A stretch of DNA of 62,916 bases, filler included, from Candidatus Woesearchaeota archaeon (GTDB taxonomy: Archaea; Nanobdellota; Nanobdellia; Woesearchaeales; GCA-2685855), in NCBI GenBank assembly GCA_002685855.1. It is 6 parts of 6 records of this genome, joined end to end, with 100 filler letters (N's around TTAATTAATTAA, not from the genome) between each part and the next. Parts side by side here need not be neighbours in the genome. Positions count along the whole stretch, not along the records: positions 18,803 to 25,664 come from NYYS01000047.1; positions 25,765 to 48,228 come from NYYS01000048.1; 4 more parts are not named here. One strand, written 5' to 3'. Positions 20,551-31,095 of this stretch are shown piece after piece. The position numbers and the translations under genes are program-made. Numbering within the stretch: position 1 is the first letter of the stretch; each line of letters opens with the position of its first letter. Below the pieces are notes generated by a model that was not told where the DNA came from, did not search any database, and was given only the letters and a program-made list of their open reading frames with translations.

Positions 20551-22115
20551 AAATACTAATCCCCATGGGCGGAAAAGGCGTACGCTTCAACAGATACCTT
20601 CCCCTAAAACCCTTACTAGAACTCGACGGAAAACCGATGATCGAACACGTCGTCGACTACTTCCCGCGAGACAGCGAATTCATATTCGTCTGTCACGAAC
20701 AACACCTCGAAACAACCGATGTAAAAAAGATCCTAAATCGCATCGCACCAAACTGCACAATCGTAACCATAAATGACACCTACATGAAAGGACCTGCATA
20801 CGGAAGCCAGGTTGCCTTCGACAAAATAGCAGACGACGAAGAGGTCATTGTCAACTACTGCGACTTCATCCAGGAATGGGACTTCGAAGACTTCCAGAAA
20901 AAGATCAAAGAAAAACAACCCGACGGAGCAATCATCAGCTTCAAAGGATTCCACCCCGCATCACTCGGCGACACCTACTACTGCTACATGCAAGTCGACC
21001 AAAACAACTACATCACTGCCATAAGAGAAAAACAAAGCTTCCAGGAAGACCGCATGGCAGACTATGCATCCACCGGCACCTACTACTTCAAAACAGGAGC
21101 CCAATTCAAAAAATACGTAAAAGAACTCATCGCAGACGACGCAAACGCAGTCAAAGGAGAATTCTACATGTCTCTCCCCTTTATCTTCATGCTTCGTGAC
21201 AACCTAAAAGTCCTCAACTACGAACTCCCAAAATTCATCTGCCTCGGAACACCCCGTGATTATGAACTCTACAAGTTCTGGTCAGAATTCTTCCTCAAAC
21301 ACTCACCCAACTTTATCACCTTTGATGAACGAAACCTCAACGTCACAAACATCTTTCCCCTTGCAGGAGGAGAACGCGACTTTAAACCTGTAGGATTTAA
21401 TAACCTTAATTTCATGCTCCCCGTCATGAACAAACCCCTTATTCATTATTCGTTCCACTCAAACCCAAAAGGCGTACGCAACATCTTCATCGGACTCGAA
21501 GAACACAAAGAAGAATTTCTAAAAATACCCCTCTTCCACCAACCAAACGCAGAACTCCACTTCCTCAAAGAAAAAAAGAACGGAAACGCAGAAACAATCC
21601 TTCAAACAAAATCCCTCATCAATCCCGAAAGCCCGGTCTGCGTCTCAGGAGCAACCTACATCCTCGACTACAACGAACGAAAGATCGCACATCTCATGGA
21701 ACACCTCGAAATAGATATAATCCTATTTTCGTTCAGCCACCACGAATGCGTCCTAAGAGATCCAAACGCCTACGCCTATGCAAAGATAAAAAACAACATC
21801 GAAGTCACAGAGATCATCGAAAAACAACCCATCTCAGACAACCCCTACAACGACCAAGCACTCACAGGAACAGCAATCTTCAGACGATCAGCAGACCTCT
21901 TTGAAGCCATCGAAGAAGAAAAGAAAAAACACCCCGACAAAAAACTCTACTACCTATCTTGCTTAAATAACATCATCCCCAAAAGAAAGGTTGTCATCTT
22001 CGAAGTCGACAAGATCGTACCCATCCGCACCCTAACAAACTACAAAGAGTTCGTCTACTGGCAGGACTACTTTGACAAACGAGCATATCATCCCTATCAG
22101 AAGATGCTGCAATAA
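20547..22115 (+). CDS. Tandem two-domain sugar-phosphate nucleotidyltransferase
   Basis: MKILIPMGGKGVRF..PLKPL and a second NIFPLAGGERDF domain. The true start is 20547 (ATGA overlap), not 20037. Confidence 0.88.
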   Translation: MKILIPMGGKGVRFNRYLPLKPLLELDGKPMIEHVVDYFPRDSEFIFVCHEQHLETTDVKKILNRIAPNCTIVTINDTYMKGPAYGSQVAFDKIADDEEVIVNYCDFIQEWDFEDFQKKIKEKQPDGAIISFKGFHPASLGDTYYCYMQVDQNNYITAIREKQSFQEDRMADYASTGTYYFKTGAQFKKYVKELIADDANAVKGEFYMSLPFIFMLRDNLKVLNYELPKFICLGTPRDYELYKFWSEFFLKHSPNFITFDERNLNVTNIFPLAGGERDFKPVGFNNLNFMLPVMNKPLIHYSFHSNPKGVRNIFIGLEEHKEEFLKIPLFHQPNAELHFLKEKKNGNAETILQTKSLINPESPVCVSGATYILDYNERKIAHLMEHLEIDIILFSFSHHECVLRDPNAYAYAKIKNNIEVTEIIEKQPISDNPYNDQALTGTAIFRRSADLFEAIEEEKKKHPDKKLYYLSCLNNIIPKRKVVIFEVDKIVPIRTLTNYKEFVYWQDYFDKRAYHPYQKMLQ

Positions 22116-22116
22116 A

Positions 22117-22959
22117 ATGGCAAACCTTATCCCTATGGCAGGAATCGGAAGCAGATTCACAGACGGAGGCCACCTCTTGCCCAAAGCCCTTATTCCAGTC
22201 TCAGGAATTCCTATGATTGCAAAGGTAATCAGAGAGATGCCTCCTTCTGACAAATGGATCTTTATAGTAAGAAAAGAACACGTTGACGACTACCAGATCG
22301 ACAAAATCATAAAAAAAGAAAAACCAGAAGCGATAATCATCCTCATAGACTACACAACAGAAGGACAGGCTTGCACCTGCATGCTCGCAGAATCCCATCT
22401 CGATCCGGAAGAGGAACTCTTTATTGCCGCATGTGATAATAGTAGCCTAATTAACGAAGACAACTATAACAAACTCAAAGAAGACCCGGAAATTGACGCA
22501 ATTATCTGGACATTTACAAAACGTATCATGCTCAAAGAAAATCCTCATTCCTATGGTTGGGTAAAACTGGCTGAAGACAATCTTACTATAAAAGACATTT
22601 CTGTAAAAAAACCCATATCAGATGATCCGTACAAAGATCATGCTGTAGTGGCTAGTTTTTATTTTAAAAATTCAAAAGACTTTTTTACAGCAGCAAAACT
22701 CATGATCGAAGAAAATTATAGAATAAACAACGAATTCTATGTTGACGCAATCCCCTTATTTCTCACCAAAATCAATAAACGCTCAGTAATTTTTGATGTA
22801 GACCTCTTTCTCCTTTGGGGAGCACCCAAGGAACTCTATATCTATCAAGAGAAAGAATACTATTTCCGAAACAACATCCAACAACCCAGCATGTCTGACG
22901 AAGACAAAAGACTCTACAACGTCTGGCAACGCTATTTTAAACAAACCAGAACAAGCTAA
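22117..22959 (+). CDS. Sugar-phosphate nucleotidyltransferase
   Basis: LIPMAGIGSRF...PKALI, TEGQACT, VKKPIS and NNEFYV motifs. Confidence 0.9.
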   Translation: MANLIPMAGIGSRFTDGGHLLPKALIPVSGIPMIAKVIREMPPSDKWIFIVRKEHVDDYQIDKIIKKEKPEAIIILIDYTTEGQACTCMLAESHLDPEEELFIAACDNSSLINEDNYNKLKEDPEIDAIIWTFTKRIMLKENPHSYGWVKLAEDNLTIKDISVKKPISDDPYKDHAVVASFYFKNSKDFFTAAKLMIEENYRINNEFYVDAIPLFLTKINKRSVIFDVDLFLLWGAPKELYIYQEKEYYFRNNIQQPSMSDEDKRLYNVWQRYFKQTRTS

Positions 22960-23004
22960 TCTTCCTTACAACTATTCCTTTAAACCATCTAACACATTCA
23001 TTTT

Positions 23005-23409
23005 CTACTTCGCAAAAATATCTTTCGCTTCTTCAGGACGAATAATCTTTACCTGTTCATATTTTATTAATCTCAATAGGTGTTTGTCATAGGTAAGTAT
23101 ATATTCTGAGCTACTCTCAAGAGCACATTCAATTACCTTATTGTCATCTGGATCATCCTTAACAATATCAACCTTTATCTTTGTGGATATTATTGTTAAT
23201 ACTTGCATGAGCGTTTCAATTATCTTTTCAACTTCCTTTTTATGATATCTGAAATCTCTTTTTAACACTTCAGCAAACTCATCAAGTATCTCTTTTGTGC
23301 TAAAAATCTTGACATCATTCTCTATCAGTTTCTTCAAAAGTTTATGAGCAACACTATAATCCCACTGAGTAGCTGATATTAGAAAATTTGTATCTACAGT
23401 AATCCTCAT
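23005..23409 (-). CDS. PIN-domain toxin (VapC-like)
   Basis: VDTNFLISA, DDPDDNKVIECA and TYDKHLL motifs. Confidence 0.93.
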   Translation of the reverse strand: MRITVDTNFLISATQWDYSVAHKLLKKLIENDVKIFSTKEILDEFAEVLKRDFRYHKKEVEKIIETLMQVLTIISTKIKVDIVKDDPDDNKVIECALESSSEYILTYDKHLLRLIKYEQVKIIRPEEAKDIFAK

Positions 23410-23687
23410 TTTGCTCTTCTTGATTTGTGAATTAAACCAGGCACATCACTTTCCTTAATACCTTTTTTTGCTGCTCTTTTTGCACCTTCTCGTGCAAGCA
23501 CTCTCAACTCCCTTATCAGCTCCTCTTTTGAAGGAGTTACTATTTTTTTCAGAACAACAGAGTCCTTACTTCCAACAACAGCAAAAACAGTACCTTCATC
23601 AGCATCCATATCTTCTCGGATATTCCTGGGTATAACAATCTGTCCTTTTGATGACATTTTAATAGTTTCCACAGTCATTGAAATCAC
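23406..23687 (-). CDS. AbrB/MazE-type antitoxin
   Basis: KMSSKGQIVIPRNIRE motif; ATGA coupling to the PIN gene. Confidence 0.93.
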   Translation of the reverse strand: MISMTVETIKMSSKGQIVIPRNIREDMDADEGTVFAVVGSKDSVVLKKIVTPSKEELIRELRVLAREGAKRAAKKGIKESDVPGLIHKSRRAK

Positions 23688-23704
23688 CTCTTATAATTCT
23701 TATT

Positions 23705-23735
23705 TTCTTACTGTAAGAATATCTTATATTTAAAT
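23705..23735 (-). promoter_or_regulatory. Operator palindrome and TATA box of the AbrB-PIN operon
   Basis: Perfect TTCTTAC-T-GTAAGAA at 23705-23719, between TTTAAATA and the start codon. Confidence 0.55.
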
Positions 23736-23845
23736 CTTTTGATTTTGTACGTTAATTCGTCTGAATATATCTATTACAAAAGATCGACATTCATTGGCTT
23801 CTTTTTCCCAACAGCCTTAAAAACCCCTATGAAATCCTATCAAGT

Positions 23846-25664
23846 ATGCCTCTCTCAATTAAGCAGATCAAAGCAATAAACATCTTCTCACTTATCGTAT
23901 TAATTCTATCATTTTTCTTCCTCTTCCCCTCACCAAAAGACCTCATCGGATTCCTCCTCTACTTCCTCTTCATCCTTATTGGAGGTTACGGCATCCTTAT
24001 CTGCCTCCGCCACCCCATAAAAAACTCGATCATCCTTCTCCTCACAGCTCTCCTCGTAGGCATAACACTCAACAGCATCCTCTTCTTTATACTAAAATAC
24101 CTCAACATACCTACCCTCTATTCGCTCATCATACTCCTGTTTTTAGGAGCACTCCTCCTCATCATAAAAAAAAGAACCTTAATCTCAACCATTAGATCAA
24201 TTAAAATTTTGGAGGACCCCCTCTTTCCCTTCCTCGTCCTTATCATACTCGGTTCCTTCTTCCTCATCTCCGACTCTCTCTACACAACCAACACAGACAT
24301 CCACATTCCTGATACTGTTCACCACCTCTACCAACTCCATATCTCACAAAACATCAACACCATGAACCCTGTCCCTGACCTCTCCTACCAGGAAAAAACC
24401 TTCAAATACCATTTTGGCGTTTCCATCATGCTCAACCAACTCACTCAGTTCGTTCCCAACGACCTCCACCTCACCTACATCAGCATGACTGCATTCCTCA
24501 TCATCCTCTTCTTCCTCTTTCTCTTCGAACTCAGCAAAACCCTCAAGAAACGATCACAACGTCTCTTCTACATTCTTCTCATCGCATTCTCATCAGCAAG
24601 TATTGCAACAAGCGTCATCCTCATCACAAGCAGACTCCTTAATCTTTCCATCCCTTTCATCCCCACAGCAGAAAACATCTTCTTCCGCCTCACAAACATG
24701 ACAACCTATGGATACGGGTTTCTCTTTCTTTTTGCACTCTACATCCTCTGGAACAAAAAAGAACGAAACTACCTCCTTGAAACAATCCTCCTCACCGGCC
24801 TTGCAATCACAAAAGCATCCTTCTTTGTCTCTGTCTTCCTCGGGTATGCACTCCTCCTCTTCATAGAACTCATCACAAAAAGAAACCTAAAATACACAAT
24901 CCTCAAAAGCATGGCAGTCTGGCCCGGCGCCCTCTATATCTTCTTCTTTGTCCTCGGCACATCACCACACGACCTCTGGATCATCTTTCCCGGCGCCCTC
25001 AACATCCGATCACAAACACTTGCCCACGAATATCTCTATCTCAACGCAGCAATCTCCTTCCTCCTCGCAATCATCCTCTTCATCGGATGGGGATTCTACT
25101 ATCTCCTTCCCAAACTCAGAGAAGCTGCACAAAAACTCAAAAGAAAAACACTCAATTTCAACAGCGGAAGCTGGCTCATCTTCTCAATCATCATCACCAG
25201 CCTCCTCTTCGGAATCTTTATCACCGACGCAGTCGAAGGAAACCAGGTACAATTCATTCTTCCTGGATATGCCTTCCTCCTGCTCCTCACATTCAACAAA
25301 CTCATTCAACAACCAAAAAAAATTGTTCATGCCCTCCTCTTTCTCCTGCTCCTCTTCAACGCAGCAAGCCTCTTCACAACAAGCTTTGTCTACCCCACTG
25401 TACAAACACTCGATGCACAAGAAACACCATCATTAAACAACCCCTTTGCAAACCTAAAACAACTAGCAATAAGAGATGCCATCGCACTAACACACACAGA
25501 CCGCATCACAACCTATGTGCACCCTGCCTGCTCCTATTCAAACAACTTCATCAACGCATTACGTTTCCTTTCAACCCAATCAAAAGGAACATTCATCCAC
25601 AGCCGCTGGTACGAACCCTGCGAAAACGATCCAAGAACAACCTGGAGCACCTCAACAACCTTCA
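23846..25664 (+). CDS. Polytopic membrane protein, possibly GT-C-fold glycosyltransferase, partial
   Basis: Many hydrophobic segments and an extracytoplasmic loop with D..HH and YHFG; next to the sugar cluster; cut by the spacer. Confidence 0.6.
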
Positions 25665-25764
25665 NNNNNNNNNNNNNNNNNNNNNNNNNNNNNNNNNNNN
25701 NNNNNNNNTTAATTAATTAANNNNNNNNNNNNNNNNNNNNNNNNNNNNNNNNNNNNNNNNNNNN
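25665..25764. other. Artificial contig spacer
   Basis: N-run with TTAATTAATTAA. Confidence 0.99.
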
Positions 25765-28671
25765 TCAATCACTATCACAGAATATATTATGAACTCCTCA
25801 GCACAATACTATAACAACTATACCATCAACGTCTCACGAGCAAACCACTACAACGCCACCCGTATGGTAAATATCTCAAGCTCCCAGGGATATGTGTTTA
25901 CCTTAAATGAATCCTCAACCCCTGCCTTCCCCCAGATCCTCCCTGCAAATAACACCTTTTCTCAACAAGAATTCTCCGTCACCATCAATGTTACAGACAA
26001 CGAAGCAGAAAACCTTACCTGCAACGTCACAATAAACACCTCAACATTCAATGGCGGAGTGAACTTCACAAACAACTCCGCCGCAACCATAAGTACAAAC
26101 TACACAACAGGCTATGGAGGAGAAGGTATCTACAACTGGACCATAACCTGTCAGGACTCCTACAAAAACACAAACACCTCAAGTTATAGAAACATCACTG
26201 TAGACTCAACAAGCCCCTGGACAAACATCACCTACCCCTCCAACGGATCTTCACTTTCATCAACAGACCTTAACGTTACCTTTAACTGGAGCATCAACGA
26301 CACCTATATGAACAACTGCTCGTTCACACTAAACGGAGGAGCAAACATATCTGTAAACTGTTCAAAAGGATGGGATAATGTCACAACATTAAAAGGGCTG
26401 GCAAACAATATCACAATCTATGCTAATGACTCAGCAGGAAACGCAAACCAGACAAGTGTTACGTTTACCATGAACTCTGTACCAGGGAACCTCTCCATAA
26501 CAAGTCCTCTTAACAAAACATCTGTACTCTACAACAATCTAACATTTGTCTGGGAAGCAGTGAATGATTCGGATAATGACAGTCTCAACTACACCATGCA
26601 GATCGCCTCAAACGATGACTTTTCTACAATAGTTCATACCAAGGTCACAAACGAGACATCCTATTCAAACCAAAGCCTTCCCAACGGAACCCACTACGTA
26701 CGCCTCAAGGCATACGATGGCTATGAAAACGGAAGCTGGAACGGTGGACACCAAGTTGATATCGTCCAAGCAAGAATGTCGTTCCAGGGTCCTGCAAACC
26801 GAAGCGTAGTGCTCCCAGGGGTATCTGTCACCTTTAAAGTCCAGGAAGATAATCGCTCGGATTGGATTACTGCAGTCAACCTTACAATAACGAACGATGG
26901 ATTAAACAGTACCTATCAGATGAGTCAGAGTGGAAACTGGACCTATGCCTATACTGTCCCCGTCTTACTCGCTCCAAAAGAATTAACAGTCTATGCACAC
27001 GCCTATAACGGTACAGACCTTTTACAATCTATTAATGATACCTTGACATTGAGTGTCACAAGAACTGTCGGAGGAGCAGTTGGCGCACCTAACATCTCCT
27101 TTTTCTGTCCCCACTACAGCTATCTTGCCGTAAATAGCTCGGTTAATGTATCTTTGAAGGCAGAACTCGACACCTTAGTATTATATTTTGGAGTAAATAT
27201 AACTGACCCAGACAATGTAACCTATAATCTTACGGTTAATACAACGACAACAGACAACCTTAACTACACTCGGAACTTTACCTTCACCGCAAACGTTACA
27301 GGAAACTACACCCTTACTGCTTACACTGTTGATGTAAATAACCTGACTGATAACCTCTCGGTCCGTTTTGAGGCCTTGGCAAATACAGACATCAATGTCA
27401 CAACAACCGCAACAAACATGACCTTGCAGGATCGTTGTAGCGGAAGATTAATAAGCTCAGGAGCTGCTATCAACACACCCATTCCTATAGGTACCTATGA
27501 TCTTTCTGTTACAACAGCAAAACCAACGATCTTGTTTGGAAATGCATCTATCCTTGGAAATGTAACCCAGATCTTTGACTATATCGACTATGCTGAGACA
27601 GTAACCCCTCCAACAAGTCGAAGAGCAATAGAAACATTCATCCTCACACCAAATATGACCTTTGACAACGCAAGCATAACCTTCAACTATTCTGACTATA
27701 ACACAACAATTACCGATGAAGATAATGTCGAGTTCTGGAAATGTGACAGCCTATCAAGTTGTACCTGGAGCGAGCTCACAGCAACACTTAACACAACAAG
27801 TAATGTAATACGCGTAAATGGCCTTACAAGCTTCTCTGTCTTCATGATTGCAGAATCAACAGCGTCAACAACAACTACCACAACAACAACTATCACAACT
27901 ACCACATCTACACGAGGATCAGGAGGACTGGTAAAGATAAGCACAAATGAAGCAATAGAAGTCACCCTTCCAAGCTTCCTTGAAATGCAAGTAAATGAAG
28001 AGCTCACTATTCCTGTCCTGATTAAGAATATTGGAGAATCGACCCTATCAACAATTAGTATCGCTGTAAGTGTCAACGGATCCAATGTAAGCGTATCCTC
28101 TGATAAGACAGAGTTTGAATCTCTAGAAGCAGGAGAAAGCGGAACGTTTAATCTAAAGATAAATTCAGGAGATGCTGAAGAAACAGTAGAAGTATTCACA
28201 AAGGTTAACTCAGCGAACCCTGTAACTTCAGACTCAGCAAAACTTGTTGTGAGAGTGGTGAAAGAACGCCTCGAAGTCTACGAAGATGAAGTCATAGAAA
28301 AACTAGAATTTGTTGAAAAATTCTTCACCCAGTATCCTAACTGCAACGAATTTAACAGTATTGTTCAGGAAGCACGAGACGCAATAAACAAAGAAGATTA
28401 TGCAAAAGCAAACAGCCTGCTTGATGCTGCTCTGGATGCCTGCAAACAAGTAAATGAAATTAAAGAAGAAATAACCCTTGAAAAAATCGTAAAAAGCGGG
28501 ATAAACACCATCTTAATCATCGTCATCTTTGTCCTTGTCACCTTCGGCCTCTATCATGTCTATGATGAAAACAAACACTATGGGCGAGGGAAAAAAGGCA
28601 AGAAAAAACCAAGGAAAAAAGCAAAGAAAGTATCTAAAAAAATTACAAAACCTAAAACACCCCTTGAATAA
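25765..28671 (+). CDS. Large cell-surface glycoprotein (Ig-like repeats, Thr linker, CARDB-like domain, C-terminal TM), 5'-partial
   Basis: Very dense N-x-S/T sequons, YANDSAGN Ig-like motif, poly-Thr linker, TM helix and Lys-rich tail. Confidence 0.85.
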   Translation, partial: SITITEYIMNSSAQYYNNYTINVSRANHYNATRMVNISSSQGYVFTLNESSTPAFPQILPANNTFSQQEFSVTINVTDNEAENLTCNVTINTSTFNGGVNFTNNSAATISTNYTTGYGGEGIYNWTITCQDSYKNTNTSSYRNITVDSTSPWTNITYPSNGSSLSSTDLNVTFNWSINDTYMNNCSFTLNGGANISVNCSKGWDNVTTLKGLANNITIYANDSAGNANQTSVTFTMNSVPGNLSITSPLNKTSVLYNNLTFVWEAVNDSDNDSLNYTMQIASNDDFSTIVHTKVTNETSYSNQSLPNGTHYVRLKAYDGYENGSWNGGHQVDIVQARMSFQGPANRSVVLPGVSVTFKVQEDNRSDWITAVNLTITNDGLNSTYQMSQSGNWTYAYTVPVLLAPKELTVYAHAYNGTDLLQSINDTLTLSVTRTVGGAVGAPNISFFCPHYSYLAVNSSVNVSLKAELDTLVLYFGVNITDPDNVTYNLTVNTTTTDNLNYTRNFTFTANVTGNYTLTAYTVDVNNLTDNLSVRFEALANTDINVTTTATNMTLQDRCSGRLISSGAAINTPIPIGTYDLSVTTAKPTILFGNASILGNVTQIFDYIDYAETVTPPTSRRAIETFILTPNMTFDNASITFNYSDYNTTITDEDNVEFWKCDSLSSCTWSELTATLNTTSNVIRVNGLTSFSVFMIAESTASTTTTTTTTITTTTSTRGSGGLVKISTNEAIEVTLPSFLEMQVNEELTIPVLIKNIGESTLSTISIAVSVNGSNVSVSSDKTEFESLEAGESGTFNLKINSGDAEETVEVFTKVNSANPVTSDSAKLVVRVVKERLEVYEDEVIEKLEFVEKFFTQYPNCNEFNSIVQEARDAINKEDYAKANSLLDAALDACKQVNEIKEEITLEKIVKSGINTILIIVIFVLVTFGLYHVYDENKHYGRGKKGKKKPRKKAKKVSKKITKPKTPLE

Positions 28672-28729
28672 TATTTCTTATTCTTAAACTAGATCCTACC
28701 TTTTGAGCACACAAAACGCATGCTCATGC

Positions 28730-28852
28730 CTACATTGCTGTGTAGAAGGTGTTGTTTTCAAACATTCCTTCAGGAACGTGAGAAGTAGGATTCTTATACT
28801 GGTACCACCGTATCAGGGTGAGAAGATGTTGGTTGGATGTAAGTTGTTTCAT
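28730..28852 (-). CDS. Unannotated 40-aa small ORF
   Basis: MKQLTSNQHLLTLIRWYQYKNPTSHVPEGMFENNTFYTAM, with TTTATATA and a GAGGGGG SD upstream and a 9-bp hairpin after the stop. Confidence 0.5.
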   Translation of the reverse strand: MKQLTSNQHLLTLIRWYQYKNPTSHVPEGMFENNTFYTAM

Positions 28853-28914
28853 TGAAACCGAGCCCCCTCTTTTTTGGAGAGTGTATCTTTTCTTCTATAT
28901 AAACTTTTGGGATT

Positions 28915-29868
28915 TCAGAGCTTTAACCTCTTTTTTCCCTGATATACCTCATAGGCAAACTCAGCATCCTTTCCTCCCAGAGTGATCGAGGCAAGAGCAT
29001 TTGCAAATCGAATAGCTTCCTTTTCCGGCTTCTGATGAAGATTTCTGCCCGTCGCATTCCCCTTTGCCCCACTAATTTTTACTTCAGTATAGGTATTCTT
29101 AAGAAACTGTTTTGGATTTGTGCTTGAACCACCAGACACAACAATCCCTGTTCGTCCTGCAGCAGTCACTGCCTCTTTAAACGCAATCTCTGGCTTGCCA
29201 ATCCGCGTCTTAGGAAAGTTAAGCTTCACAAAATCACTGCCCAGACAGGCAGCAACACCTGCTGCCCCTGCAATAATATGAGGATCCTTCTCATTCTTCA
29301 CAGCCTTTCCCCGTGGATAGATCCAGAGCACAGAAAGAAGACCGTTCTGGTGAGCCTGATAGATCATCTGCGCTGCTTCATGCAGCATCACTGCCTCAAA
29401 CTCAGAACCAAGATAGAGAGTATACCCCACAGCCAGAATATTTAGTTTCCGATCCTTTTTCATCCGGACAACCTGGTCCACAGACCACATCGCAGTGCTG
29501 ATAGGTTCCTGTTGGGCAGTCTTTACAAGATTTGTCTTGGAATTCAGCTTCACCAAAAAGGGAATCTTCGGATACGATGGACCATACCTAGAAATCAGGC
29601 CAAGCTGGGACGCAAAACAGCTGATCGTGGCCTGAGACGCCACCCGAAAAAGATGCTCGGGATCATTATCATCCGTAGCAATCGGGCCATACTCTGTATT
29701 CCCAAAAAAATCCTTATTCAGATGCTCAATCTTCTGATCACCCGCCATCAACATCACATGACCTGTACGATGCGTAAACCGAAGATAATTTTTAACATAT
29801 TCTTTCTGCATTCTCCTTGGAACATCCAAAGGAACAATGACATCTTTGGCCTTTAGCTTTTTCATCAC
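28915..29868 (-). CDS. Class I (DhnA-type) fructose-bisphosphate aldolase family
   Basis: AGDQKIEH, VKLNSKT, YTLYLGSE, LWIYPRG, Schiff-base DFVKLN and ATGRN motifs. Confidence 0.9.
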   Translation of the reverse strand: MMKKLKAKDVIVPLDVPRRMQKEYVKNYLRFTHRTGHVMLMAGDQKIEHLNKDFFGNTEYGPIATDDNDPEHLFRVASQATISCFASQLGLISRYGPSYPKIPFLVKLNSKTNLVKTAQQEPISTAMWSVDQVVRMKKDRKLNILAVGYTLYLGSEFEAVMLHEAAQMIYQAHQNGLLSVLWIYPRGKAVKNEKDPHIIAGAAGVAACLGSDFVKLNFPKTRIGKPEIAFKEAVTAAGRTGIVVSGGSSTNPKQFLKNTYTEVKISGAKGNATGRNLHQKPEKEAIRFANALASITLGGKDAEFAYEVYQGKKRLKL

Positions 29869-30052
29869 ACACCTCTCCTCTCTTCCTAGACATGGTTATT
29901 TAAAAAGCTTGCTTTTTGTGACGAAAGGAAGAAGAGCTCAATAGATTTTCTCATCCAAGCTTTTCATAAATATTACAATTTTTCTGAAAGATCAACGGAA
30001 AAACCATGAACACCCTCTTAAAGAACCGTTTCCTACATAAAAAGAAGAAAGA

Positions 30053-30472
30053 ATGAGTAATAGATACTATCTAGATACCTGTATTTGGAGAGATTACTAT
30101 GAAAACAGAGAAGACAGATTTAGACCTCTCGGTCAATGGGCCTTTGAATTTTTTCGTATGGTTAAAGAAACAGAAAGTAGGGTTCTCACCTCTGATCTAA
30201 TAGTTGATGAGCTTTCCAAAGCATATAACCAAACTGAGATCTTAAAAATATTTAAAATTCTGAGTGATGAAGCACTCTTAGAAAATGTTAAAACCCAAAA
30301 GAAACAGGTAGATGAGGCAGCACGATTGAAAAGAGAAAGGAAATCACCTTTTGGAGACCTGCTCCATGCTATACTAGCAAGAGATAATGGAGCAATTCTT
30401 ATAACTCGAGACAAACACTTTGTAGAATTTGAGGATATTGTCTCTATAAGAAAACCCGAGGATTTAATCTAA
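30053..30472 (+). CDS. PIN-domain protein
   Basis: YLDTCIW, GDLLHAILA and ITRDKHF motifs. Confidence 0.9.
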   Translation: MSNRYYLDTCIWRDYYENREDRFRPLGQWAFEFFRMVKETESRVLTSDLIVDELSKAYNQTEILKIFKILSDEALLENVKTQKKQVDEAARLKRERKSPFGDLLHAILARDNGAILITRDKHFVEFEDIVSIRKPEDLI

Positions 30473-30733
30473 CCTAATGCCAAATTTTTCAGCATACTTT
30501 TTGGTGACATCTTCTCTAATCTCTTTTAACTTTCTATCATTCACACAAACCTTTGCTGCTCCTTTATGTTTAGCTAATGTTTCCATAAAAAGGGTTGTTT
30601 CAATTCTGTGGAGCTTCTCCCTGACAGCTTCTCTAATAAACTCTGTTCTGTTGTTGAAGTGGAGAGGTTGGAGAAGAGCATCAACCTCTTTTAGGATTTC
30701 TCCTTGAAGCTTAAATGAAACAATCTCCATCAT
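30464..30733 (-). CDS. Ribbon-helix-helix (CopG/NikR-like) protein, putative antitoxin
   Basis: IVSFKLQGEILKEVD.....NNRTEFIREAVREKL. Confidence 0.88.
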   Translation of the reverse strand: MMEIVSFKLQGEILKEVDALLQPLHFNNRTEFIREAVREKLHRIETTLFMETLAKHKGAAKVCVNDRKLKEIREDVTKKYAEKFGIRLD

Positions 30734-31020
30734 AATACGTGTGTAATACAATGTAGTATTTAAATCTTTTCTTTTTTACATAAAGATTGCCTTGATATGC
30801 CGTTCTATTAACACAAAAAGACTTCCTCGAAAAATCGCGAGAAACATCTATCTACCAAAAAGTATATTAAGATTCAACACATCCTTCTATCACGAGGCGA
30901 TTAATTGGATACAAATTACCCCCAAAATAACTCTTGGACTTCTTTTTCTAGTTAGTAATAGTGCACTGCTCAACAAGGTTTTTCACTGGGGATCAGACTA
31001 TCAAATCCCCGCTTCTCAGT

Positions 31021-31095
31021 ACCGAGGTAGAGGAATCAGGCTAACTCACCGTGCTCATGACTCGGAGATTGCAGGTTCAAATCCTGTCCTCGGTA
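31021..31095 (+). tRNA. tRNA-Met(CAT), initiator-like
   Basis: Acceptor ACCGAGG/CCTCGGT (A1-U72), anticodon arm CCGTG-CTCATGA-CTCGG, T arm GCAGG-TTCAAAT-CCTGT. Confidence 0.9.

Noticed and set aside
27862..27915. ACA/ACC-rich tandem repeat
   Set aside because: It simply encodes the poly-Thr linker of the surface protein.
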